From: a virus
Taxonomy: Duplodnaviria; Caudoviricetes
Length of the DNA: 26,239 nucleotides
Virus record (IMG/VR): IMGVR_UViG_3300049999_000454
Coordinates: 1 to 26,239 of that record
Reading direction: 5' to 3' (one strand)
In this document: positions 17,001 to 25,588 of the stretch, in pieces
How positions within the stretch are numbered: the first letter of the stretch is position 1
Layout: every line of letters begins with the position of its first letter
Notes under the pieces: model-generated
Told to the model about the DNA's origin: nothing
Database searches by the model: none
What the model saw: only the letters and a program-made list of their open reading frames with translations
Position numbers and translations under genes: made by a program

Positions 17001-20000
17001 TTGATGAATTTATTGATCGCATGGATGACCCGGAAGCGGTGCGTCAGCGATTGCGAGAACATGCAGGAACACCGTGGGCCAGACAGGCGATGGATGGGGC
17101 TAAAACCCGCATGGCAATGGAGATGTTGCTGCGCGGAGAAGAGCCTAGTTTCATCTCAACATTAACGGCGCCGTCGGCTGCGAATTTATATAACGCGATT
17201 AAACAGCATGGAGAAGAAGGGGCCTGGAATTATTTGATGGCAACTGGTCTAATAGGCCATCCGTCGAAACCTGAAAACGCGGTTAACTCCAGTTTTTTGA
17301 ATTGTATTCCCTCCAAGAATTGCGCGGCTTTTTGTTATGCCGCCAAAGGTCGGAACTATCCAGCGAATGTCAATAAAGCAGAGTTGGTTACCTGGGCGGT
17401 TGAGCGGGACCCGGTTCGGGCCGCGAAGATGGTTGCCAGCAGTTACAAGGCGATGGCCGAATATGAGGCCAACAAAGCCCTGCGGCTATTTGACAAAGGC
17501 GATGGCGACATGAAGTGGCTACCGTTTATTGCTGAGTTAAACCGGCAAAAAGTACGCGCCCATGTCTTCACTAAAAATGTGGAGTTTTTGCGTGCGATAC
17601 CTGACTACAATTTGCGCCTACTGTCTGTTGATCGATCTAATCTTGAGATGGCAGAGGCGAATAAAGACCTACCGGTTGCGTTCGTTTACGAGGGCGAACA
17701 GGACGTCGCCTGGTTAAACGCACATCAAGATCAAGTGCAGGTGATCCTGCCGGTCAAACAAGGGGCAAATTATCTACCGGAATCCGATTTAAAGGCGCTG
17801 CCTAAATGGGCACGCAAATATACCTGCCCGATTGATGACGGGCGCGTGTCCATCGACAACTGGAATTGCACTCGCTGTGATAAAGCGGGCGGGGTCGGTT
17901 GCTATCATGCTCAAACCACAGCCCAGGCTGACATTACTCAACAATCCCTGGCCACCGCAATGGCCCAGGATGATTTTCCACTCACATTACAGGAGGTGCT
18001 AAATGCCGTCTCAGGACTCGACATCAACCAACAGGAAATTGTATTTGAGAAACTGGCTCTACAGCTATCTGCGGCACGCGCCGATGTTGACGAAGGCGCA
18101 GAAGGCATCGTCGATCAAGGGACTCAAAGCCCAGATGACAGCGATGGATCAAGCGGAAGCGATGATAAAACCTTCTTCCAATCCGAAACCACAACCCAAG
18201 CCCAGCGAAACGGGATAGGGCTATATTCCCATATCGAATTGGGTGTATTGGCGCTCAATAAAAAAGAGTGGCGTGATGGAGCCGCCGCCAGTGGCAAACA
18301 AATTTTACAATGGATTAATAAAATTCAAGGGGTCAAGGGGGCAGAGTTAGATGCCTTGGGTCTGGATGAGTTCCTAAGCAGGACCGTCGATGGCAAAGCA
18401 GTTCGGCTAACGCGGGACGACGTTGCCGCCTATATCCGCAGTAATGGTTTGATCATGAAACTGTCTACCGCTGTGGCCGATAAGGTCGGAGTGCGTAAAA
18501 AAATGCTGGAAGCCTATGGTTTGGACTGGGGTATGGCGGTTGATGTGCCGGCGACGGACCCGGCAATCCAGGAAATGATTGAAGCAGATGTTGACTATGA
18601 CATAAACATCTTCATGGAGCGGGTTCATGTAGGCGCCAGCATGGGCCTCTTAGGGTCATCTGGTAACAGCGTACATATTCGTCAATTTATTAAAGATTGG
18701 ATTTTGACGCGATCGAGTGGCATAGCGACGTTAGCCGACAACCGGGCCCTGGGCCGCATGGTCCGCAATGCCTACAGCCCCACATCATCCGTCCCTTCCT
18801 TGGGCTTGCAGTCCACGACGCCTGGAGAATTTACCAGTCCTGCTGTGGACTGGGTGGGGCTGGCCGATGAAGATGTGATTCGTTTTGTCCTGGGCAATAA
18901 CCATGACCGCATGTTGTTAGCCGAGAAGCTGGGCATGCCGGATGCACTGCTGGAAGCGGCCAATAAAGATTTGCCGATGAGAGACATGGGGATGGACCAT
19001 GTTTTTAAATCGATGGTGGGGTTTTCTGAAGACCAGGCGACCGAGTTTATCGACATGATTTATGACGATATCAACACTGAGCTTCACCAAGTGGCGATTG
19101 ACGCGTATCAATCAACGCCGCACCGGGTATGGAGTGATGCCAGCAATCAAGTTAAACATCAAATTAAAAGAGTCGGAGATAGTAGCAATAATTTTTATTT
19201 GATATATAACAGTGAAGGCATTGCAATGGAGGGGGTATACGAATCGATTGCTGACGCCCAACTGGGCGTGATTGAAAATGCAATCGAGTTCGGACAACTG
19301 GAAGACAAAGGCGATTTTAATGCCGGGACCTTTTGGTCGCAGTACGCGACGTCGGATGATGTCATGGGTGTCGCCAGCAATTACCGCGAAATGAAAATTG
19401 TGTTGCCGCAGTTCAGCCCTGAATTTCGAGCGTCTGCCCATAATTTTAAAGAAAGAAATATCCTGTTTTTCATGCGCGTTTGGGATCGTATCATTGATAC
19501 CGGTGAAATCGAAACTCAGGTTAAAGATTTACCGAAAGAAGTGCCAGGCGACTTTAAAAGCACCTACGTAGTAGATGGTGACTGGACCCTGTTGGGTTCA
19601 GTTGATGATATCAATCTTAAAATTGACGAACTGTTTGAGCGCAGACAGGACAACTCAGAGGCGCTGGCTGACCTGATAGCGGAAAAGCCGGAGCTTATTT
19701 CGCAATTAATGGTTCAGCGCGACAAATATCAAGCAATCACGAGTGAGAGGGATGCGTTAGGCAAGCTGAATACCGAGGAATATCTGAAGACATATCGAGA
19801 GAAGCGTGACTCGCTGAGTGTGGATGAGTTGGCGCGTTGGGTCGAATCCCCAGAAGCGGCTGAAATAATGCCATCGGTCGATCAATATAAAGAATGGTCC
19901 CAGAAACAGGTTACGATTAAACAAATGATCGACCAAATTGCTCAGAAAATAGAGCGTAATAATGATGAAGTGAAGGCGCGGGAAGAAGCGCATGCTGGTT

Positions 20001-23000
20001 TCCATAAAAGACAACCAGAGCTGGCGCAAGCGTTGAAAGATTTTCAGTTGGAGTATGAAGGCACACGCCCGATTCCTGACTTTTATTTTGATGAGAGAAT
20101 TAACGAGACGTATGGGGACTTAAAACAAAAATTGGCGAGTAAACGCCGTCGATTGATCGGTTATCAGACGGCAAGAGACAGGATTACAAACGAGGCGATT
20201 GACCTGGCTGACGTCAATCGCGATTTGATCATGAGCATCGACCTGTCAGGCATTGACTTAAATGACGAATTTACGTTTAAACGCAATGCGCTGGCCGAAT
20301 ACATTGAGATGGAAGGCAGTCGCCGAAATATGCTTGAAAAAGTCTTGGCCGGGACGATGGCCGTGGATCAGAAGAGCATGTCGGGCATAACGATGGTCAC
20401 CCAACAAGAAGTGGATATTTACGAGGCGGTTAAAGAATTTGCATACAGCCCAGATGCGCAAGCATTTTACACTGAATTAAAGGCGCATTTAAGATCAGCA
20501 AACGCAGAGGACGCCAAGGCAATCAGCATGGCAAAGCGCATCGAGTCCCATGAAAAAGACCTCATGGACACTGAAAAATCCTGGGCCGACAGAATGGCCG
20601 CGCACAAAAAGCCGATTTACAAAAAAGGCAAAGCCTATAACCTGGACGAATTTCAGTCGGATTGGCACACCGCCGGCAAAAAACAAGGGTATCAGCCGGA
20701 AGGGTTTACGGAAGCCGGAGCGCAGGAACAAATAAACCAGGCTTTGTTCGCATCTCATCATGCCGCCAAAGCGTGGCGTGCAGCCCTGGATGATCAGGGC
20801 CAACTGAGCGTCGATAGCCCGGTTTTTCGTGTGCTGCATAAGCAGTTTGATTTATCCTTGGCCCGTGATATCACACCTGGACATAAACTTGATGATGACA
20901 GTAACTTCCATGACCTGGTGCAGTCCATTAATCCGGGCGTCGCGTATGAGAAAAATGTAGCGGATATATTTAATGCCGCCCTACAGGCAGAAGCGGGATG
21001 GGATGTCGCGTTCAATCGTAGACTAAACTCACATGAATCCGTAATGGATCAGACTGTCGGGCTGGGCGATTTCGTGGGCGCCGCAATCGACAAGATGATG
21101 ACGATCTTACAATTTGAAATTGACGAAGACCGATTCGTTTCTGCGTTTCAAGAAATTGCCCGTGACGGCCCTTTTGAGTCCAAGGCGGTGGAGTTAGTGG
21201 AGATGTGGTCTAGCGTATCTTCAGTTACCCTGGAAATAAGCGAGATTAAGGCCATTAAATTATGGGCCCAAACAGTGAAGCCAGGATGGGATGATAAGGG
21301 TAAATTTCATGGTGTCTATGACACAGCGATGGTGTCGGTGGATGTCCCGCTAAGTGACATGGTGGCGTTGTTTAAAGGCCCGTTACGGGGGGATGCCCAC
21401 GTTGAGACGATATTCAGGCAACTCGCCCAGAAACGATTGAGTCAGAGATCGATAGATGAAGCTGACAACCAGATCGCGAACATCCCCTTTAAAGATGATG
21501 CTTGGGTCACGCTCGCCGCCAAGCGCGCCATCATAGATGCAATTGAGGGCGGATATGATTACGTCACCTGGCCTGACGCTAATACCCTTGTGGACCGCTG
21601 GAGCGAATCGGGCCGGGGCTTATATACCATGCTATACGACGAAAAAATGCCCGGCGCTGTCAAGAAATTGTTGACGTCAAAAATTGATCATATCAGCAGT
21701 GATGTGGGCAGCGAAAACTTTTATGACAGCACTGAGCCTCAAGGTTATTTTCGGGTCAAAATTACTGACAAGGACCGGGAAAAACACCAGCACGGCATGC
21801 CAATCTATCAGGGCAAGTCCGACGCGCATCAAGGTTCGATTCAGTTCAAAGAAGACGAAACCGTAATCTCGTTATTTGAGTCATCGAATCTATCGACGTT
21901 TTTGCATGAGTCCGGGCATTTCTTCTTAGAATCGCTCGGCGAAATGGCTGAAGCAGATAACGCACACCCTGAGCTAGTTCAAGAGTACGGATCAATTCTA
22001 AAATTCCTGGGCGTCGAAAGCCGCCAGGCGATTACCCGCGATCATCATGAGAAATTCGCCAGGGCATTTGAAGCCTACTTGTTTGAAGGCAAGTCACCCT
22101 CGGTGGAATTACAATCTGCATTTCAATCCTTCAAATCATGGTTGTTAGATATTTACAAAAAAATCATGAATCTTGATGTCGAGTTGAACGATGAGATTCG
22201 CCAGGTGTTCGATCGGATGTTAGCCACTGACGAAGAAATTGCAGCGGCTGAAGAGGTTAACAACTATAAGCCGGCCTTTACGACGCCAGAGCAAGCGGGG
22301 ATGAGCCAGGAAGCGTTTAACACCTACATTCAAAGTGCGGACAAATACAGGCAAGCTGCGACTGATGAACTGGAGCGAGTCAAGTTAAAGGACATCCGGC
22401 GCCAAAAAGAAACAGAGTGGAAAGACAACAAGAAGATTGTGCATACTCGAATTGAAAAAGAAATTAATCAACTCAAAGTATTTCAAGCGACTTATTTTCT
22501 AACCCACGGCGAAGCACTTGATGGTACGTTACCGCCGGGGCTTACCGCTATGAAGCTGGACCGCGATGCATTGATCCAGATGAACGGCGGCGCAGAGGTT
22601 TTACGCCTGTTGCCAGGGCGCGGCCGCTTTCTGACGTATGCGCGCCAGGGCGGCGTTCACCCGGATGCTATCGCGACTTTGTTTGGGTACGAAACCGGTC
22701 AGGATATGATTGACGATATCATTGAAACGCATCAACCCCGGGATGGCGAAACAAAACTTTATAGCCGCAAGCAACGCATCCAGGATGTCACTGAGCAAGA
22801 AATGCGGAAACAATTCGGTGATGTGTATATGGATGGCCGGGTTGAAGAACTGGCCAAGGACGCGCTACACAACGATCAACGCGGCAACTTTTTAGCGACT
22901 GAACTAAGGGCGCTCTCTCGTCGTGTGGGTCAGCCAGGAACACCCGCTAACATTGCCCGGGCCATTGCACAAAAAACGATCGGTGACCTGAAAACCTCCC

Positions 23001-25540
23001 AAATTCGACCGGGATCATATCACCTGGCAGAGGTGAGGTCGGCCAAGGCGGCAGAGCGCGCCATCTTACTGGAAGACTGGGACGAGGCATCAATCCAAAA
23101 ACGCCATCAATTGGTCAATCATTATCTTTTCCGTGAAGCGCGTGATGCCCAGGCAGAAGTCGAAAAGATCGTCGATAGGCTGAAACGCTTTGATCGCCCA
23201 GGCACCCGACGCAACATCTCCCGGGGGTTTTTAGAGCAGATCGACAAGCTTTTAGAACGCTTTGATTTGAAACGAAGCGTGTCCTTGAAGGCTCTGGAAC
23301 GGCGCCAGGCATTTGGCGAATGGGTAGCTGAACGGCAAGCCGAAGGCCAGGAAGTGATCATCACACCACAACTCCAGGCACTGTTGGAAGTGGCCGGTAA
23401 AACCCACTATAAATCGATGCGACTGGATGACCTTCGGGCACTAGACGACACCATTAAAAACATAGCTCACCTGGCACGACTCAAGCAAAAACTGATTAAC
23501 AACTACGAAAAACGACAGTATGAAAGTGTGATCGCTGACATGGTAAGTTTTGCACAGGACAATCATACCTGGAAAGAGCATCCGGTGGATTACATGGAAA
23601 GCAAGATTAAGAAGTTCATGCAAGGCAGTGCTGAATTTCTGGCAGAACATCGCAAGCTCGAGTTTATTTTCCGCCGGATGGATGCGGAACAGATTGAAGG
23701 CCCATTCTGGCACTATCTGTTTAAGCCTATTGCTGACGCTGAAAACCTGGAGTCCGAGATGCAAGAGGTTTCAGTGCTTAAATTGAAAGAAATTTTTGAC
23801 ATTTATACGCGGAAGGAACGTCTCGCGTTTGGCAATAAAATCAAAACCAACCTGGGCAATATGCCCAAGCAGAAGATTTTAGCCATTGCGCTGAACTGGG
23901 GCAACGAGGGCAACAGGGAGGCAGTGATGCGCGGCGAAAATTGGATGCCTTCACAGGTGGATCAAATGTTCGATGCGCACATGACCGAAAAAGACTGGCA
24001 GTTTGTCCAGGCAGCTTGGGACCATATCGATTCTTTTTGGCCTCAGATTGCTGAGTTGGAATTTCAACTGACCGGTGTTCGTCCGAAAAAAGTGGACCGT
24101 GCAACGATTCAAACCCGCTTTGGCGAGATCGAAGGCGGCTACTACCCGCTAAAATCAGACCCTACCCGCAATGAAAGAGCCTTTAAGCATGCGGAAGCTG
24201 AAGCGACTAAAGACCTGTTTGAAACGAATTGGTTGCGACCGGCGACGAAACATGGCCACACCATTGAGCGTCAAGGGTTTGGCGGACAACCGGTGCTTTT
24301 AGATATCAGTGTTATTTCTCAACACATCAACAATGTCATTCATGATTTGTCGCATCGCACTGCCATTATCCAAGTCGATCGATTGACCCAGGACAAGCGA
24401 GTGCAGGAAGCCATCATTGCAGTGACGGGTCGAGCCACTTATCGTCAGATCAGACCTTGGCTACAAGGGATCGCTTCGGACCTGGCTCCGCTGGATAGTC
24501 AGTTGGAAAAAGCAGTCGGGCATTTCAGACAGGGCGCTACCATTGTTTACATGGGTTGGAAGATGACCACAGGTATGGTCCAGCCGCTAGGCTATTTGCA
24601 GACCATTGATATGATCGGTGAGAAGTATGCGATGAAGGGCCTGGCCAGTTTTTACAACCCCGTGCGACTGAAAGAAAAATTAGCGTTTGTCATGGAGAAC
24701 TCCATTGCCATGCGCAACCGTCAAAAGACATTTGATCGCGATGTGCGCGATACGCTCAAGCGCCTGACTGGCGATACCCTGGAAGCGCGAATGGCGAAGA
24801 CCTATTTCTTCCATATCGGATTTTTAGACATGGCGGTCGCGATGCCAAGCTGGCTCGGGGCTTATGAAAAAGCCATGCAAGCCGAGGGATTGAATCATGA
24901 AGCCGCTGTGGCGTATGCGGACTCCATAGTGCGTACTTCTCAGGCGGGTGGTGGTGTCAAAGACCTGGCGAAGATTCAGCGCGGCGGAGAGCTAAAGCGA
25001 ATGTTCATCATGTTTTACAGCTATTTCTCAGCCCTTTATAACTTGATTGAGCGTCGCGCTGTGATGACAAAGACGGGCGTGTCAGGCCCCGGCAAAGCCA
25101 TCACTTCGCTGATGTACCTGGTTGTTTTGCCGGCATTGCTGGGCGAATTGATTGTGGGCCGGGGCCCTGATGAGGATGATGAGGACGAAGAAAAAGCGGC
25201 GTGGGCGGCAAAAACCATCATGGCCTATCCGTTTATGTCGGTTGTCGGTGTGCGCGACATCGCGCAAGCAGTTGCTGGGGATTTTGGATATGGCATGAGT
25301 CCGGTACCACAGGCTGTCGAGCAGTCAATTCAGGGGTTTACCGCGATTGATGACCTGTTTGATGAGGATGAAGAGTTTACTAAGTGGGACTTGAAAAACA
25401 TGTCTATGTGGGGCGGATATATGTTTCATCTGCCTGTCAGTCAACTGTGGATATCGGGCGAAGAGCTTTATGACACGTTTGAAGAAGGCAATGATTTTTC
25501 GATGTGGGAGTTTTTGGTTCGACGCGATCCCGACGAATAG
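14063..25540 (+). CDS. Giant ejection protein 3 (T7 gp16 position), polyvalent multi-domain protein, 3825 aa
   Basis: Uninterrupted 11.5-kb ORF between ejection protein 2 and the tail fibre. Gly/Ala hydrophobic segments near the N-terminus, zincin motif STFLHESGH (HExxH at 21905-21919) with HEKFARAFE downstream, a Cys-rich domain at about 17300-17900, and a helical C-terminal region with hydrophobic AITSLMYLVVLPALLG. Confidence 0.85.
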   Translation: MAFTEEELQRLDQHWSDQGNTSANASVLKGQGTTPQQYNADKKMSEESQVPMSMVPDVREDIARDRDIQKVQSLKATAPSTFKQIGNSEHAWPQMQDDLDNVANFENVLTEFSNGNLTRAIGTAADLGLTSFEEGVDFIGTQVGEGVAELGESYQHGADLHEMALLWNEKSLRNELNPAKQARLDYLVEASKHVQPKEGFNPFDQAAELIGQMEQGMLAGLDRGSKTGVLVGTAAAFGGPFTSAAAFVPGFSIGFLTAVTEDAFKVEQGLSYQETMEATDNHDLAVNVSVVVGILNAGLEVAGLKFVSAPVKKAVNKMLTQGVTQTLKQTNMKNLLKGTATVYGTAIVGETGTEMLQEIINFAGTEIAKSIDPEIHKTGTIGELTDRVMEVGWKVAQAMSVLSVPGAGVHYVSGRGQVAQSENSAELFERVREASENIETLDTAPDEIKSIIRDIVEKGDVDGIYVEADRFMQYFQSVGIDPLAEENKAIFESLGVADQLEEASSRNGDIVIPLDNYIKDIVRTEHHSGLSPDLRFHSGDWSATESKTWQENNPELIQDLQTEYDAMLSQLEETQKGDELFESIYQQLVNTGMDVSSAAKSASLHRAFAKTMEARFGISQEQTLSARGVNIQRVMPGPPIEKTPAAIRILAEQLTSPAPIKTESQLKGSSLMSFLASKGGLQDVGGELAARNAELWHQGKPGQAKFIKDTGMTLEAAALIAREQGYLLGLADDEVFGASDSVGQTALLEAIDKELAGDPVFAEQNIDREAIDLLDQREQLVDFLAQKGIHVDQASRQEVEQALAEAVFSDQADLADDAYLQRGHLNTPEEKRDWVVSQISGESKLRQVENKELEPVDGLGEWETLKNEDWVFSVDDSYSGSSYITLHKITKWDDVYGPTAWDDVSIRFADHVLPSNYSFGRTVLDFSEDFYVESSMGKTPEDALKYISKKVGRTFGLTNGYYQTKPADYDQLSGDDKVAIDEFIDRMDDPEAVRQRLREHAGTPWARQAMDGAKTRMAMEMLLRGEEPSFISTLTAPSAANLYNAIKQHGEEGAWNYLMATGLIGHPSKPENAVNSSFLNCIPSKNCAAFCYAAKGRNYPANVNKAELVTWAVERDPVRAAKMVASSYKAMAEYEANKALRLFDKGDGDMKWLPFIAELNRQKVRAHVFTKNVEFLRAIPDYNLRLLSVDRSNLEMAEANKDLPVAFVYEGEQDVAWLNAHQDQVQVILPVKQGANYLPESDLKALPKWARKYTCPIDDGRVSIDNWNCTRCDKAGGVGCYHAQTTAQADITQQSLATAMAQDDFPLTLQEVLNAVSGLDINQQEIVFEKLALQLSAARADVDEGAEGIVDQGTQSPDDSDGSSGSDDKTFFQSETTTQAQRNGIGLYSHIELGVLALNKKEWRDGAAASGKQILQWINKIQGVKGAELDALGLDEFLSRTVDGKAVRLTRDDVAAYIRSNGLIMKLSTAVADKVGVRKKMLEAYGLDWGMAVDVPATDPAIQEMIEADVDYDINIFMERVHVGASMGLLGSSGNSVHIRQFIKDWILTRSSGIATLADNRALGRMVRNAYSPTSSVPSLGLQSTTPGEFTSPAVDWVGLADEDVIRFVLGNNHDRMLLAEKLGMPDALLEAANKDLPMRDMGMDHVFKSMVGFSEDQATEFIDMIYDDINTELHQVAIDAYQSTPHRVWSDASNQVKHQIKRVGDSSNNFYLIYNSEGIAMEGVYESIADAQLGVIENAIEFGQLEDKGDFNAGTFWSQYATSDDVMGVASNYREMKIVLPQFSPEFRASAHNFKERNILFFMRVWDRIIDTGEIETQVKDLPKEVPGDFKSTYVVDGDWTLLGSVDDINLKIDELFERRQDNSEALADLIAEKPELISQLMVQRDKYQAITSERDALGKLNTEEYLKTYREKRDSLSVDELARWVESPEAAEIMPSVDQYKEWSQKQVTIKQMIDQIAQKIERNNDEVKAREEAHAGFHKRQPELAQALKDFQLEYEGTRPIPDFYFDERINETYGDLKQKLASKRRRLIGYQTARDRITNEAIDLADVNRDLIMSIDLSGIDLNDEFTFKRNALAEYIEMEGSRRNMLEKVLAGTMAVDQKSMSGITMVTQQEVDIYEAVKEFAYSPDAQAFYTELKAHLRSANAEDAKAISMAKRIESHEKDLMDTEKSWADRMAAHKKPIYKKGKAYNLDEFQSDWHTAGKKQGYQPEGFTEAGAQEQINQALFASHHAAKAWRAALDDQGQLSVDSPVFRVLHKQFDLSLARDITPGHKLDDDSNFHDLVQSINPGVAYEKNVADIFNAALQAEAGWDVAFNRRLNSHESVMDQTVGLGDFVGAAIDKMMTILQFEIDEDRFVSAFQEIARDGPFESKAVELVEMWSSVSSVTLEISEIKAIKLWAQTVKPGWDDKGKFHGVYDTAMVSVDVPLSDMVALFKGPLRGDAHVETIFRQLAQKRLSQRSIDEADNQIANIPFKDDAWVTLAAKRAIIDAIEGGYDYVTWPDANTLVDRWSESGRGLYTMLYDEKMPGAVKKLLTSKIDHISSDVGSENFYDSTEPQGYFRVKITDKDREKHQHGMPIYQGKSDAHQGSIQFKEDETVISLFESSNLSTFLHESGHFFLESLGEMAEADNAHPELVQEYGSILKFLGVESRQAITRDHHEKFARAFEAYLFEGKSPSVELQSAFQSFKSWLLDIYKKIMNLDVELNDEIRQVFDRMLATDEEIAAAEEVNNYKPAFTTPEQAGMSQEAFNTYIQSADKYRQAATDELERVKLKDIRRQKETEWKDNKKIVHTRIEKEINQLKVFQATYFLTHGEALDGTLPPGLTAMKLDRDALIQMNGGAEVLRLLPGRGRFLTYARQGGVHPDAIATLFGYETGQDMIDDIIETHQPRDGETKLYSRKQRIQDVTEQEMRKQFGDVYMDGRVEELAKDALHNDQRGNFLATELRALSRRVGQPGTPANIARAIAQKTIGDLKTSQIRPGSYHLAEVRSAKAAERAILLEDWDEASIQKRHQLVNHYLFREARDAQAEVEKIVDRLKRFDRPGTRRNISRGFLEQIDKLLERFDLKRSVSLKALERRQAFGEWVAERQAEGQEVIITPQLQALLEVAGKTHYKSMRLDDLRALDDTIKNIAHLARLKQKLINNYEKRQYESVIADMVSFAQDNHTWKEHPVDYMESKIKKFMQGSAEFLAEHRKLEFIFRRMDAEQIEGPFWHYLFKPIADAENLESEMQEVSVLKLKEIFDIYTRKERLAFGNKIKTNLGNMPKQKILAIALNWGNEGNREAVMRGENWMPSQVDQMFDAHMTEKDWQFVQAAWDHIDSFWPQIAELEFQLTGVRPKKVDRATIQTRFGEIEGGYYPLKSDPTRNERAFKHAEAEATKDLFETNWLRPATKHGHTIERQGFGGQPVLLDISVISQHINNVIHDLSHRTAIIQVDRLTQDKRVQEAIIAVTGRATYRQIRPWLQGIASDLAPLDSQLEKAVGHFRQGATIVYMGWKMTTGMVQPLGYLQTIDMIGEKYAMKGLASFYNPVRLKEKLAFVMENSIAMRNRQKTFDRDVRDTLKRLTGDTLEARMAKTYFFHIGFLDMAVAMPSWLGAYEKAMQAEGLNHEAAVAYADSIVRTSQAGGGVKDLAKIQRGGELKRMFIMFYSYFSALYNLIERRAVMTKTGVSGPGKAITSLMYLVVLPALLGELIVGRGPDEDDEDEEKAAWAAKTIMAYPFMSVVGVRDIAQAVAGDFGYGMSPVPQAVEQSIQGFTAIDDLFDEDEEFTKWDLKNMSMWGGYMFHLPVSQLWISGEELYDTFEEGNDFSMWEFLVRRDPDE

Positions 25541-25588
25541 TTTGAAAAAACAATGATTTAATATAAACAGGAAAAAAGCGAGGCATCA

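Noticed and set aside
17303-17335. Canonical radical SAM enzyme call
   Set aside because: Spacing is Cx5Cx3C rather than CxxxCxxC, so it is reported only as Gp88-like and radical-SAM-related.
14063-25540. Virion RNA polymerase (N4 or crAss type) or intein explanation for the giant ORF
   Set aside because: I found no DxDGD-type or T7-like polymerase motif set, and no intein splice-junction or LAGLIDADG motifs; a highly divergent form cannot be excluded without a profile search.
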